DNA from: Kiritimatiellia bacterium
Lineage (GTDB): Bacteria > Verrucomicrobiota > Kiritimatiellia > RFP12 > JBMNHG01
DNA: 64,000 nt
Assembly: GCA_050950285.1 (NCBI GenBank)
Contig: JBMNHG010000003.1
Coordinates: 124,001 to 188,000, forward strand
Direction: 5' to 3'
In this document: piece by piece, positions 20,741-32,814 of the stretch
Numbering within the stretch: position 1 is the first letter of the stretch
Layout of the letters: each line of letters starts with the position of its first letter
Notes under the pieces: generated by a model
The model's input: only the letters and a program-made list of their open reading frames with translations
Database searches by the model: none
What the model was told of the DNA's origin: nothing
Position numbers and translations under genes: made by a program

Positions 20741-21622
20741 ATGAAGAAGGATCGGAAAGGGTTCACGCTGGTCGAGCTGACGCTCGTGACGCTGCTGGTG
20801 GGCATTCTCGCCGCCCTCGCCGCCGTGCGTTTCGGCGCCGTTTCGCGCCGGGCGGAGCGGCGCGCCGCGGAGGCGGACCTCCTGGCCTTGCGCGATGCGT
20901 TCCTGGGCACGTCCGCCGCGCCCGGGCATCGGACGGACCTCGGCTCCATCCCCGGCTATTCCCCGGCTCTCCTCCGCGTGGGGAACCTGCTGGTCCCCAC
21001 GAACCTCTACGGCATCGGCAACGTTCGCCTGGATGCGGAAGGCGCGCCTCCCGAAGGCAACGCCCCGGCCTCCGCCTTCACCTCCTGGGACGCCGGGGCC
21101 GGGCGCGGCTGGCGCGGGCCCTACCTCTCCGGGGGCCATGGCGTCGCGGATGGCGAAGGCGGGCTTTCGGACGTCTTCCCCCGTCGCGACCAGCGTCGCC
21201 ACGAGGGCGACGCCTCCTTCGGCGACCGCGGGTTCTACCCGTCCGTGCGCCACCTCTCCCTTCCGGACGTCTTCCGGAACGACACCGCCGGCCTCTGTTC
21301 GGTCTACGGATTCGCCGGCGAACCCGCCGTGGGCGACCCCTGGGGCAACCCCTACGTCCTGCAGGTCCCGCCGCCGGAGGCCTTCGGGCCCGGCGCGGTC
21401 TCCCCCCGTCTCCGCTTCCGCTACGCGCGCCTGGTTTCCGCCGGGCCCGACGGCCTCCTCTCCACCCCGTGCTTCGCGCCGGACGGAACGGCGGGGTGGA
21501 CGCCCGCGGCACGCCGCCATTCACGCCTTGCCGGCCGCGACGCGGACGGCGTCCCGGCGCGCGGCGACGATCTCGTGCTCTTCCTGGAACGCGCCGACCT
21601 CTACGAGGAGGATGAACCATGA
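20741..21622 (+). CDS. Prepilin-type (GspG-like) pseudopilin
   Basis: KG|FTLVELTLVTLLVGILAALAA cleavage/methylation motif; GWRGPYL, DPWGNPY and SAGPDG. Confidence 0.85.
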   Translation: MKKDRKGFTLVELTLVTLLVGILAALAAVRFGAVSRRAERRAAEADLLALRDAFLGTSAAPGHRTDLGSIPGYSPALLRVGNLLVPTNLYGIGNVRLDAEGAPPEGNAPASAFTSWDAGAGRGWRGPYLSGGHGVADGEGGLSDVFPRRDQRRHEGDASFGDRGFYPSVRHLSLPDVFRNDTAGLCSVYGFAGEPAVGDPWGNPYVLQVPPPEAFGPGAVSPRLRFRYARLVSAGPDGLLSTPCFAPDGTAGWTPAARRHSRLAGRDADGVPARGDDLVLFLERADLYEEDEP

Positions 21623-22635
21623 CCTTCCGCTGGAACCCCCATGCCGCCTTCTCCCTGATGGAACTCGTGGTGGTGCTCGCCCTTCTCGGCCTGCTCGCCC
21701 ACCTGGCCGTCCGCGAACTTTCGAAGGCGGACGGCGCGCGCCGCCACGCCGCCGCCAACCGCCAGCTGGAGGAGTTGCGCACCGCCATCGCCGGCGACCC
21801 CGACGCGCGCGACGCCACCGGCGCCCGTCTCCGCGAAGGATTCCTCGCGGATCTCGGGCGCCCGCCCGCCGCCGTCCCCCTCGATCCTTCCGCGCCCGAT
21901 TCCCCCCTCTCCCTCCGCGAGCTCTGGGAATGCCCCTCCGATGCCGGGCCGTTCGCCCTTCGCCCCGCCACCGAGGACAACCTCGTCCCGGCCTGCCGCG
22001 GACTCGGCCTCGCCGATCCCGACGCCTACGTCCCCTGCGGCTGGCGCGGCCCCTACCTGCGCCTCCCCCTGGGCGCGACCCGGCTGCTCGACCCCTGGGG
22101 CAACCCCCTGGAGACGCCCGACACCGCCGGCTGCGCCCGCCTGCTCGATGCCGCCACCAACGCGGTCGCGCCGGGCTCGGCCATCGCCTGGGCGTGCCAC
22201 TTCGGCGCCGACGGCCGTCGCGACGACCCCGCCGAGCGCGGTTCCGCACCCGAAGACGCCGACGCCCTCCTTCGCGTGGACGCCGATTCCGTCACCCCCG
22301 TCGCGACCCGGCTGCTCGTCACCGTCCGCCAGCTCGACACCCTCGGCGCCGCCGCCGCGGACGCGCCCGGGCGCCAGGCCTCCGCCGTCCTCTACTCCCC
22401 ATGCGGAAGCGCCATCACCGCCGCCGTCCACGTCGCCACCCTCGACGCCTCCGCCACCGCCCAAATCCTCTTCGACGCCGGCCTCACCCCCGGCACCCGC
22501 GTCCTGCGCGTGCGCCTGGACAACGGCCAGACCGGCGCCCCGCACTCCCTCCGCCTGCAACCCGGCGACAACGCCTTCGTCGAGACCTTCCGCTCGCCGT
22601 CCGGCGGCTTCGCCCCTCCCTCGCCCCTCCCATGA
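21619..22635 (+). CDS. Second prepilin-type pseudopilin with C-terminal extension
   Basis: AA|FSLMELVVVLALLGLLA; GWRGPYL, DPWGNPL and FGADG. ATGA overlap with the upstream gene. Confidence 0.82.
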   Translation: MTFRWNPHAAFSLMELVVVLALLGLLAHLAVRELSKADGARRHAAANRQLEELRTAIAGDPDARDATGARLREGFLADLGRPPAAVPLDPSAPDSPLSLRELWECPSDAGPFALRPATEDNLVPACRGLGLADPDAYVPCGWRGPYLRLPLGATRLLDPWGNPLETPDTAGCARLLDAATNAVAPGSAIAWACHFGADGRRDDPAERGSAPEDADALLRVDADSVTPVATRLLVTVRQLDTLGAAAADAPGRQASAVLYSPCGSAITAAVHVATLDASATAQILFDAGLTPGTRVLRVRLDNGQTGAPHSLRLQPGDNAFVETFRSPSGGFAPPSPLP

Positions 22636-23699
22636 AGAAACCCTCCGGCATCGACATCGTCGTGGCCCTCGCGGGCGACGTACTCGTCCGCCTGGACGTG
22701 GCGACGGACGCCCTGCGCGTCCTCCCCGCCCGGCCGGACGCCCCCGCCGCGCTGTCCGCCGCCCTCGCCGCCGCCCCCGTCCGCCGCGGCGCCGCCGTCC
22801 TCTTCCTCTCCTCCGACATCTTCTCCCAGACCATCCGCCTCCCCCGCGCCCAGACCTCCGGCCTTTCGCAGGAGGAGCTGTCCGCCGCCCTCTTCTACGA
22901 GATCGAACCCTTCTCGAACCTCCCCCGCGCCCAGGCGCCCGCCGCCTTCGTCGAACTCGCGGCCGGCGAATCCTCCGCCCAGCGCACGTGGCACGCCGCG
23001 CAACTCCCGCAGGCCACCCTTGCCGCGCTCGACGCCGCCGCCCGCGCCGCCCATGCCCGTTTCGCCGGATGCGCCCCCTGCGACGCCCTCCCCGCCCCGG
23101 CCCCCGAGCGCGCCGCCCGGCTGCGGCAGGCCGCGCTCGCCGCCGCCGCCACCCCACCGCGCATCCCCGTCGTCCTCCCCCGCCGCGACGCCTCGGAGCG
23201 CACCGTCCGCCTCGCCGCCCTCCTGCTGCTTCCCGTTGCCGCCGGCTGCCTCGTCCACGCCCTCTCCACCGCCCGTTCCCTCTCCTCCCTCCGCCGGGAG
23301 GCCGACGCCCGGGAAGCCCTTTCCGCCGCCAACTCCCGCGTCTCCTCCGCCTTGCACGATGCCGAGAACCGCCTTGCCCATCTCGCCCAAGCCCGCGAGG
23401 AACGCGCCGGGGCCAATCGCCGGCTCCACGCCTTGCGGAACGCCTGGAGCGACCTGCTCGCGTGCCTTCCCGCCGCCTGCGGCGACACCGTGATGCTCCG
23501 CTCCATCGCGGGCGACTTCGAGTCCGGCGTCACCGTCGAAGCCGTCGCCGCCGGCGCCGACGCCCCCGCCTCCTGCATGGCCCGCCTCGCGGACCAGCTC
23601 TCCCCCTGCGGCTGGTCGCTCCTGCCCTGCGAGTCCGGCATCGCGTCGGACACCTTCCACTTCCGCTTCCGCCTTGTCTTCCACGGGGGTGCCCGATGA
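22632..23699 (+). CDS. PilM/PilN (GspL)-like assembly platform protein
   Basis: ATGA overlap. Cytoplasmic N-terminal domain, single TM, coiled coil and small C-terminal domain. Call relies on operon position. Confidence 0.55.
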   Translation: MKKPSGIDIVVALAGDVLVRLDVATDALRVLPARPDAPAALSAALAAAPVRRGAAVLFLSSDIFSQTIRLPRAQTSGLSQEELSAALFYEIEPFSNLPRAQAPAAFVELAAGESSAQRTWHAAQLPQATLAALDAAARAAHARFAGCAPCDALPAPAPERAARLRQAALAAAATPPRIPVVLPRRDASERTVRLAALLLLPVAAGCLVHALSTARSLSSLRREADAREALSAANSRVSSALHDAENRLAHLAQAREERAGANRRLHALRNAWSDLLACLPAACGDTVMLRSIAGDFESGVTVEAVAAGADAPASCMARLADQLSPCGWSLLPCESGIASDTFHFRFRLVFHGGAR

Positions 23700-24325
23700 A
23701 CCCGAAGCTCCGCCTCACCCCGCGCGACCGCGCCCTCCTCGTCGCCGCGCCCGCCCTCCTCGTCCTCGCCGGCTACGTCTTTTTCCACGCCGTTCCAACC
23801 GCCCGGCGGTGCGCCGCCCTTCGCGCCCGCCACGCCGGACTCGGCACCCCCGCCCAGCTCGAAGCCTCGCGCCTCGACCTCGAATCCCGGCTGCAAGAGG
23901 CAGCCGACCGGCTGGCCCGGGAGGAGGCGCTCGAAGCGGAGCGGCATGCCGCCACGACTCCGCCCGCTTCGCCCGCCGCCCGGCTCGAAGGCCTGGCCGA
24001 CCTCTTCCATCGCCACGGCGGAACCGTCGTCGCCAGCGGACTCCACGCCGGCGAGGCGCCCGCCTCCGACCCCTTCTTCGCGGCCGCGCGCCCTGCGCCT
24101 CCGCCCGCCGCGGACCTCTCGCCCCCCGCCCTCCTCTCCCGCGCCTGCGGCGGCTCGCGGAAGCCCCTCCGCTGGACCCTCGCGGTGGAAGCGCCCTATC
24201 CCGCGCTGGCCGCCGCCCTCGCCGAGCTCGCCGGCGAATCCGAAGCCGTCGTGGACGCCCTCGAAATCGCCGTTCCGGACACCGATGGCGCCCCTTTCTC
24301 CTGGAGTCTTTCGATATGGATGTAA
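23696..24325 (+). CDS. PilO/GspM-like protein
   Basis: ATGA overlap. LTPRDRALL followed by a TM helix and coiled coil, like GspM/PilO N-termini. Confidence 0.55.
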   Translation: MNPKLRLTPRDRALLVAAPALLVLAGYVFFHAVPTARRCAALRARHAGLGTPAQLEASRLDLESRLQEAADRLAREEALEAERHAATTPPASPAARLEGLADLFHRHGGTVVASGLHAGEAPASDPFFAAARPAPPPAADLSPPALLSRACGGSRKPLRWTLAVEAPYPALAAALAELAGESEAVVDALEIAVPDTDGAPFSWSLSIWM

Positions 24326-25433
24326 TCTCCTCCCTCTTCTCCCTCTGCGAGCGGACCGGCGCTTCGGACATCCACCTCGCCGCGAACGCCGTCCCGCGCC
24401 TGCGCGTCCAAGGCGTGCTCTCGCCCATCGACTCTTCCCCCCCCGTCGCCGCCGCCGACTGCGAAGCCCTCGCCCTGAACCTCGTCGCCGAGACCATCCC
24501 TCCGGACGATCCCGAACCCCTCCGCACCGCGCGCTCCCTCCTCCGCGCCCGTGGCGCGGTCGACGGCGCCACCACCTCCCCGGACGGCCATCGCTACCGC
24601 TTCAACGTCTTCCTCGAAAACGCCCTGCCCGCCATCGCCCTCCGCCGCCTCGACGACCGCTTCCTCTCCCTCGAGGAACTCGGGCTTCCCCCGCAGCTCG
24701 ACCGCTTCTGCGACCTGCACGACGGCCTCGTGATCGTCACCGGGCCCACCGGCTCCGGCAAGTCCACCACCCTCGCCACGCTCATCGACCGCATCAACCG
24801 CTCCCGATCCGGCCACATCCTCACCATCGAAGACCCCGTCGAGTACCTCCATCCATCCCGGTCCTGCCTCGTGCGCCAGCGCCAGGTCGGGCGCGACACC
24901 ACGGGCTTCTACGACGCCCTCGTCGAATCCCTCCGGCAGGATCCCGACGTAATCCTCGTGGGCGAAATCCGCGAGATCGAAACCATCCGCACCGCCATCA
25001 CCGCCGCCGAAACGGGTCACCTCGTCTTCACCACCCTCCACGCCGGCGATTGCGCGGGCGCCATCAAGCGCCTCGTGTCGGTCTTCCCCGCCGGCGAACA
25101 GGAGGGGATCCGCCGCCAGCTTTCGATGGTCCTTCGCGGCATCTTCGCGCAGCACCTCCTCCCTCCCGCCACCCCCGGCGCCCGGCGGGTCCCCTGCGGC
25201 GAACTCCTCGTGGCCACCACCGCCATCGCGAACCTCATCGCCACCGACCGCGACGCCCAGATCTACGCGGCCATCGAAAACGGCCGCAAACTGGGCATGC
25301 AGACCCTCGACCAGGACCTCGCCCGCCTCTGCGCCGAAGGCCGGATCTCCGAACGTACCGCCTTCGCCATGTCCCGCAATCCCGACCTCCTGCGCGGCTG
25401 GATCCGTTCCGCGCGCGGAGCGGAGCCCCCCGC

Positions 25434-25437
<4 letters not shown>
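24316..25437 (+). CDS. pilT: PilT/PilU-family type IV pilus ATPase
   Basis: ASDIHL, VTGPTGSGKSTT, TIEDPVEY, LRQDPDVILVGEIR, AAETGHLVFTTLH, AIANLI and GMQTLDQ. Confidence 0.9.
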
Positions 25438-26921
<1,484 letters not shown>

Positions 26922-27029
26922 TCCCCGCCCGGACCTCCCCGGGGTGCGGCACAAGGCATTCCCCGCGCGGCGCCCGTCGTGCGGGAATCATTGCCTTCGC
27001 CCAAGGGGAGTGATACTCTTCCCCCTTCC

Positions 27030-28466
27030 ATGGAAATCCTCCCCTTTCTCCTGAAAATCTGCGCGGGCATCGTCGTGGCGCTGCTCTTCGGCCTGGCGGT
27101 GTTCATCCACGAATTCGGCCATTTCCTCGCCGCGCGCCTGCTCGGGCTGCGCGTGGACGTCTTTTCCATCGGCTTCGGCCCCGCCATTTGGAAATGGAGG
27201 CGGAACGGCATCGAATACCGGATCTGCTGGATCCCGCTCGGCGGCTACGTGGCACTCCCGCAACTCGACCCCGAGGGCATGGACAAAATCCAGGGCGGCC
27301 CGGCCGAAGCGGCGGATGCGGCGCCCCTCCCCCCCATCGCGCCCTGGCGCCGCATCGTCGTGGCCTTCGCCGGCCCCTTCGGGAACGCCGTGCTCGCCGT
27401 GGCCCTCGCGTGGATCCTCTACGCCATGCCCCACGCCTATACGGCAGGCCCCGATACCTTCGTGGGCGACGTGGTCGCGGGCAGTCCCGCCGCCGAGGCC
27501 GGCTTTCGGCCCGACGACCGCATCCTCGCCGTGAATGGCGCCCCCGTGGCCGGCTGGAACGATTTCGCCGTCGAATGCCACCTGAGCGGAGACGTCACCA
27601 ACGGCGTGGTCGTGCGGGTCGCCCGCGACGGGCGCGAACTCGACCTTCCCGTGCCCGTCGCCAAAGATCCCGAATCCGGCATCCTCCGCATCCAGGGCCT
27701 TTCGCGAAAGGTCGCCTGCCTCGTGGGGCAGGTGGGCGAAGCCTCGCCCGCCGCCGGCGCGGGCATCCTGCCCGGCGACCGCATCGTGGCGTGCAACGGC
27801 GCCGTCCTCGGTTCGCCCGCCCACATGATCCAGTGCATCTCCGCCGCCGGCGAGACGCCCGTGACCCTCGCCATCCTTCGCGGCGGCAAAACGCTTTCCC
27901 TGACCCTGACGCCCCGTTTCGACCCCGAGCTGGAACGCCCGCTCATCGGCATCCTCTTCGCCGACCCCGACGCCCGCCGTTCGCCGTGGCTCCTCTACCG
28001 CGACCCGTGGCGGCAGCTCCGCGCCGACGCCGGAAGCATCGCGCGCATCCTCCGCGCCCTCGTGGCGCCGCGCGCAAAAGGCGAGGCCGGCCGCGCCGCC
28101 AGCGCCCTGGGCGGCCCCGTGATGATCTTCTTCCTGCTCTGGCACCAGGTGATGGCGGGCCTCGCCAACTCGCTGGCCTTCCTGCGCTTCCTGTGCGTGA
28201 ACCTCGCCATCCTGAACCTGCTCCCCCTGCCCGTGCTCGACGGCGGCCACATCCTCTTCGCCCTCTGGGAACTGGTCACCCGCCGCAAGCCCGGCGCGAA
28301 GTTCGTCGCCCTCCTCACCAACGCCTTCGCCATCCTCCTCATCGGCCTCATGCTGCTGCTCGTCTTCCGCGACGTGCTGAGCCTGAGCCGGCTCTTCCGC
28401 CCGCGCGCCCCCTCCGCCGCAACGGCGACCTCCGCCATCGAGGCCGAAGCCGGGGAGGCGCGATGA
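27030..28466 (+). CDS. rseP: RIP metalloprotease RseP (site-2 protease, PDZ domains)
   Basis: HEFGH, FSIGFGP, IPLGGYV, AGPFGN, two PDZ-like segments and NLLPLPVLDGGH. Confidence 0.93.
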   Translation: MEILPFLLKICAGIVVALLFGLAVFIHEFGHFLAARLLGLRVDVFSIGFGPAIWKWRRNGIEYRICWIPLGGYVALPQLDPEGMDKIQGGPAEAADAAPLPPIAPWRRIVVAFAGPFGNAVLAVALAWILYAMPHAYTAGPDTFVGDVVAGSPAAEAGFRPDDRILAVNGAPVAGWNDFAVECHLSGDVTNGVVVRVARDGRELDLPVPVAKDPESGILRIQGLSRKVACLVGQVGEASPAAGAGILPGDRIVACNGAVLGSPAHMIQCISAAGETPVTLAILRGGKTLSLTLTPRFDPELERPLIGILFADPDARRSPWLLYRDPWRQLRADAGSIARILRALVAPRAKGEAGRAASALGGPVMIFFLLWHQVMAGLANSLAFLRFLCVNLAILNLLPLPVLDGGHILFALWELVTRRKPGAKFVALLTNAFAILLIGLMLLLVFRDVLSLSRLFRPRAPSAATATSAIEAEAGEAR

Positions 28467-29602
28467 AACCCGCCCGTGCCGCCTGGATGCGGGGCCGCTT
28501 CGGCCTGATGGTCCACTATCTTCTCGAAGACGGCGTGAAGCGCTTCACGCCCGACGGCGCCTGGTGCGACTCCGCCGTACGCTCCGCCGAGGAGATCTTC
28601 TCCGTGGAACGCCTGATGGAGGCGGTGGATCGCTCCGGCGCCGACTGGCTGGTCTTCCCTTTCGGGCAGAACACCGGATTCTTCAATGCGCCGAACGACG
28701 TGATCGAACGCCGCGTCGGGCGCCCCTGCTGCTCGACGCGGCGCGACCTCTTCGGCGAGGTCGCCGAAGCCATCGCCGCCCGGGGGAAGCGGCTGATCGC
28801 CTATTCCACCTGCGACAACGAATGCGGCTTCCTCTGCGAGGCGTTCGGCGTGAAGCCCGGACGGGACGGCGCCGCCTGGCCGTGGGCGTGGGCGGACGAC
28901 CCCGGCATCCGTTCCCAGTGGCCCTTCCGCGAGTTCCAGCGAAACTGGCGCGAAGCCCTCGCCTTCTGGTCGCGACGCTACGGCCCCCTCGTCTCGGGAT
29001 GGTGGATCGACGGCTGCTTCAAGTACCGCACCGCCTACCATGGCACCTCGAACGACCCCGCCTTCAACCGCTACGACGGCTTCGAGTTCCCCGAGTGGTT
29101 CGCGGCCCTGCGCGCAGGGAACCCCGACTCCGCCGTGGCCTTCAACGACAGCGGCTTCATCAACCCCGTCCCCCACATCGCCACCCCGGACGAAGATTAC
29201 TACGCCGGCGAGGCCGACCGGCTCTTCCGCGGCGAGCCCTACCTGCAAACCGCCGTCGAACGCTTCCGCCCCTTCGCCGTACATGGCGGCCCCACCTATC
29301 CCGGCACCAGCGCACTCATGCACATCCTGGTGCCCATCGACGCCTTCTGGGCCCACCTGAACGACCCCTCCGCCGTCCACCGCCAATGGGCGGCGGAGTT
29401 CGGCGGGGAGCCCGTCTACCGCATGGATCCGGAACACCCGGAGACCATGGAGCCGCCCTGCTACCCGGACGACGACCTCCGCCGCCTGCTCGATGTCTTC
29501 TGCGGGAACGGCGGCGCCGCCACCTTCAACTGCGGCGTCTTCGACGACGGCTCCATCGGCGCGGAAACCCTCGCCCAGCTGGAGCGGATCGCCCGAGCCT
29601 AG
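28463..29602 (+). CDS. GH29-like (alpha-L-fucosidase-like) TIM-barrel glycoside hydrolase
   Basis: WMRGRFGLMVHY, RDLFGEVA, RYG..VSGWWIDGC and GNPDSAVAFN motifs. ATGA overlap with rseP. Confidence 0.6.
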   Translation: MKPARAAWMRGRFGLMVHYLLEDGVKRFTPDGAWCDSAVRSAEEIFSVERLMEAVDRSGADWLVFPFGQNTGFFNAPNDVIERRVGRPCCSTRRDLFGEVAEAIAARGKRLIAYSTCDNECGFLCEAFGVKPGRDGAAWPWAWADDPGIRSQWPFREFQRNWREALAFWSRRYGPLVSGWWIDGCFKYRTAYHGTSNDPAFNRYDGFEFPEWFAALRAGNPDSAVAFNDSGFINPVPHIATPDEDYYAGEADRLFRGEPYLQTAVERFRPFAVHGGPTYPGTSALMHILVPIDAFWAHLNDPSAVHRQWAAEFGGEPVYRMDPEHPETMEPPCYPDDDLRRLLDVFCGNGGAATFNCGVFDDGSIGAETLAQLERIARA

Positions 29603-30411
29603 CGCGGTTTCGCCATCGGCCCGCGCGGACGCTGCATCTTCACGCGGGGCGTCTCGAGACCCAGCGCGTACCATTCGTCGCCCAGGCCCGCGTTGGAGAA
29701 GTGCTTCGCGCGGTTGTTCGCCAATTCCTCGGCGTTTCGCGCGATGACGGCATTCTCCATCTTCTTGCCCGCCCGCACGAGCACGGCGTGGGCGGCCGGG
29801 ATGTCGCCGCGCTGCACGAGGCTCCACGCCTGGAGGGAGTAGAGGAGGGCGCCATCCCCATACCGGAGACGGGACACCTGCTTCTCGAAGAACTTGTCCT
29901 GTCCGGGATCCTTGCGCACGTGCATCCGCGCCAGCTTCATCGCGGCGGTCATCGGGTCCAGGACGATGCACCGGGGCAAGAGGCGGTCGACCTCCGCGTA
30001 GTTGCGCATCTGGTAGTGCAATTGCATGCGCATCGTGTCGGTCTGCCGGGCGAGCATCATGCCCCAACGGTGGTAGGGCTCGAACGCCTTCGTCTTCTCG
30101 AGGGCGCGTTCCAGGTAGGGCCGCTGCACGCGTTCCATCTCCTGGAGCATCTGCTTCACGTTCCCCGACGGCCGGAACTGGAGCTGCTGGGCCCGTTGCT
30201 GGAGATGGCGCTGCCCGTCCGCAAGGATGGCCTGCATCTCGCCGATGATCTTTTTCATGCGGGAACGGAGGATGAGGCTCATCCCGGCCATCGAGGCGGC
30301 AAAGGTCAAGACGCCCCAGAAGATGCTCCACCCCCAGCCGCATGCATGGGAGAAGCCGAGGCCGCATCCCACCGCACCGCCCAGAAGAAAACTGATTGCC
30401 AACGTCAACAT
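29599..30411 (-). CDS. Hypothetical membrane-anchored protein (two N-terminal TMs, helical domain)
   Basis: Natural-looking ORF with two N-terminal hydrophobic segments and good codon style. Confidence 0.65.
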   Translation of the reverse strand: MLTLAISFLLGGAVGCGLGFSHACGWGWSIFWGVLTFAASMAGMSLILRSRMKKIIGEMQAILADGQRHLQQRAQQLQFRPSGNVKQMLQEMERVQRPYLERALEKTKAFEPYHRWGMMLARQTDTMRMQLHYQMRNYAEVDRLLPRCIVLDPMTAAMKLARMHVRKDPGQDKFFEKQVSRLRYGDGALLYSLQAWSLVQRGDIPAAHAVLVRAGKKMENAVIARNAEELANNRAKHFSNAGLGDEWYALGLETPRVKMQRPRGPMAKPR

Positions 30412-30589
30412 ACGGTAAGGAATCCTTTTTGTTTGGAGGAGGGAAGCGTACGGGTTTCCCCCCCTGGTTTCAATCCCCCGTCCGCCATGCGCCCGCCGCC
30501 ACCCGGATGCCCTCCCGGCGCATCGCAGGCGGACGGGCCGGTCCATCCGGCGACTGCGCCGGAGGCGGGGCGGAACGGACGCACCCGCC

Positions 30590-31690
30590 TTACCGCCTCA
30601 CGCGGCCCGAGGTGTTCCCGCCCATCAGCGCGAGGACCTCCGGGAGGGTCGAGAGGTTGTAGTCGCCGGGGATGGTGTGCTTCAGGGCGCTGGCGGCCAC
30701 GGCGAAGCGCACCGCGTCGGCGGGGTTGGAGCGATCCGGCGTATTCAGCGCGTAGATCAGCCCTGCGCAGAAGGAATCGCCGCCGCCGAAGCGATCCACG
30801 ATGTCGCGGATCTCGTAGGGGGCGTAGCGGCCGTCGGCGTCGAGCGGCGCGAAGTGCGCCTCCCGGGCGGCGCAGTCGAAGAGCATCGCGCCCCAGTTGT
30901 TGTGGTCGGCGGAGAGGCTTTCGCGCAAGGTGATGGCCACGAACCGGGCCTTCGGGAACATCCCGGAGAGCGTCGCGGCGACCTCCGCATAGCCTTCGAG
31001 GTCGAGCTTCCCGCCCTCCACCGAGCTTCCGCGGGCGGAGATGCCGAAGACATCCGAGGCGTCCTCCTCGTTGCCGACGACGATCGTGGCGAGGGAGACG
31101 ATTTCCTTCATGCAGCGGCCGGCCAGCTCCTTCTTGGACGTTCCGGGCTCCCAGTTCCAGAGCTTCTTGCGGTAGTTGAGATCCACCGAAATCGAGAGGC
31201 CGGCCCCGTCGGCGAAGCGGGCGAGGCGGAGGGTGGCCTCGAAGGCGTCGCGAGAGAGCGACGGGGTGATGCCGGTGAGGTGCAGGTGGGTGCAGCCCTC
31301 GAGCATCGCGGCGGGATCGTAGGACGCGGCGGGCAGATCCGCGATCGCGGAGTGGTCGCGGTCGTAGATCACGTTCGAGCCGCGCACGGCGGCGCCATGT
31401 TCGGCGTAGTAGACGCCCATGCGGCCGGAGTCGGCCAGCCGGACCCGGGAGACGTCCACGCCCAGGCCGCGCAACTGCGCCAGGCAGGCGCGGGCGATGG
31501 GGTTGCCGGGCAGGGCGGTGAGGAAGCGGGACTCCATGCCGAGGGTGGCGAGGGAGACGCACACGTTCGCCTCGCCGCCGCCGAAGGTGGCCTCGAGGGA
31601 GCCGGGGAGAACCTGCCCGAAGCGGAGTTTTCCGGCGGGGCAGAGGCGGACCATGATTTCGCCGAAGGCGGCGATGCGGGGAGTGCTCAT
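30590..31690 (-). CDS. kdgK: PfkB sugar kinase, 2-keto-3-deoxygluconate kinase-like
   Basis: FGEIMVRL, GGGEANV, DLNYRKKLW, VDRFGGGDSFCAGLIY and KHTIPGD. Confidence 0.88.
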   Translation of the reverse strand: MSTPRIAAFGEIMVRLCPAGKLRFGQVLPGSLEATFGGGEANVCVSLATLGMESRFLTALPGNPIARACLAQLRGLGVDVSRVRLADSGRMGVYYAEHGAAVRGSNVIYDRDHSAIADLPAASYDPAAMLEGCTHLHLTGITPSLSRDAFEATLRLARFADGAGLSISVDLNYRKKLWNWEPGTSKKELAGRCMKEIVSLATIVVGNEEDASDVFGISARGSSVEGGKLDLEGYAEVAATLSGMFPKARFVAITLRESLSADHNNWGAMLFDCAAREAHFAPLDADGRYAPYEIRDIVDRFGGGDSFCAGLIYALNTPDRSNPADAVRFAVAASALKHTIPGDYNLSTLPEVLALMGGNTSGRVRR

Positions 31691-31718
31691 GTCGGGGGAG
31701 GTAGGTAGACGGGGTGGA

Positions 31719-32762
31719 TCAGCCTTCGAGGGCGGCAAGGCGGGCCTCGAGGTCGGCGATTTTCTGTTTCATCCGCTGGATGGAGCGGGTGGCGAGGAGG
31801 GTCTCGGCGAAGTCCTTCTTCGGCATGGCGGGCGAACCCACCACGTAGGAGCCGGGGCGCACGTCCTTGGTGACGCCGGCCTGGGGCCCCACCTGCGAGC
31901 CGTCGCCGATCTGGAGGTGGCCGCTCAGGCCGGCCTGGGCCCAGATCATCACGCCGCGCCCGATGTGGGTGCTTCCGGCCACGCCGGACTGGGCGATGAG
32001 GCCCGCGCAGTCGCCGATGCGGACGTTGTGGCCGACCTGCACGAGGTTGTCGATCTTGACGGTGTCGCCGATTTTCGTGGTGCCGAAGCGGGCGCGGTCG
32101 ATGGTGGCGTTGCAGCCGATCTCGCAATCGTCCCCGATTTCGACGACGCCGATCTGCGGGATTTTCGTGACCTTCGGGAGCATGAGGGGGCGGGGCTCGA
32201 CGAGATAGCCGAAGCCGTCGCCGCCGATCACGGCGCCGCAGTGGACGATGGCGCGCCTGCCGATGCGGCAGTTTTCCCGCACGACGGATTGCGGATAAAA
32301 GTGGCCGTCCTCCCCGATCTCCGTTCCGGCCCCGATGAAGCACTGCGCCTCGATCACGCAGCGGGCGCCGATCTTCGCGCCATCCTCGATCACCGTGCAG
32401 GCGCCGATGTGGACGTCCTTGCCCAGCTCGACGCCTTTGCCGATCACGGCGGTGGGGTGGACGCCGGGGGCACGTTCCGGCGCGGGCGGCGCAAAGAAGG
32501 CGGCCGCAAGCATGAAGGCCTTGTCCGGATTGTCCGTGCGCAGCACGGCGCGCGCGGTGCAGGGGCCTTCCTGCTTCGTGGAGACGATGACCGCGCCCGC
32601 CTTCGTGCCGTCGAGTTGCGCGGCGTAGCGAGGGTTCGACAGGAAGGAAAGGTCGTGCTTCCCCGCCTCGGAAAGGGCGCAAAGCCCGGTGAGTTCCACC
32701 GATTCGTCGCCTTCGAGGACGGCGTGGAGATGCTTGGCAAGTTGTCCGGAGGTGATGCTCAT
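31719..32762 (-). CDS. lpxD: UDP-3-O-(3-hydroxymyristoyl)glucosamine N-acyltransferase
   Basis: LSFLSNPRY, hexapeptide repeats, IGGDGFGY, KIPQIG, TIDRA and KIDNLVQVGHNV. Confidence 0.95.
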   Translation of the reverse strand: MSITSGQLAKHLHAVLEGDESVELTGLCALSEAGKHDLSFLSNPRYAAQLDGTKAGAVIVSTKQEGPCTARAVLRTDNPDKAFMLAAAFFAPPAPERAPGVHPTAVIGKGVELGKDVHIGACTVIEDGAKIGARCVIEAQCFIGAGTEIGEDGHFYPQSVVRENCRIGRRAIVHCGAVIGGDGFGYLVEPRPLMLPKVTKIPQIGVVEIGDDCEIGCNATIDRARFGTTKIGDTVKIDNLVQVGHNVRIGDCAGLIAQSGVAGSTHIGRGVMIWAQAGLSGHLQIGDGSQVGPQAGVTKDVRPGSYVVGSPAMPKKDFAETLLATRSIQRMKQKIADLEARLAALEG

Positions 32763-32814
32763 GCTGGATGGAGGCGTGTGGGGACGGGAGAGGCGGGGGG
32801 CGGACGAAGAGGGG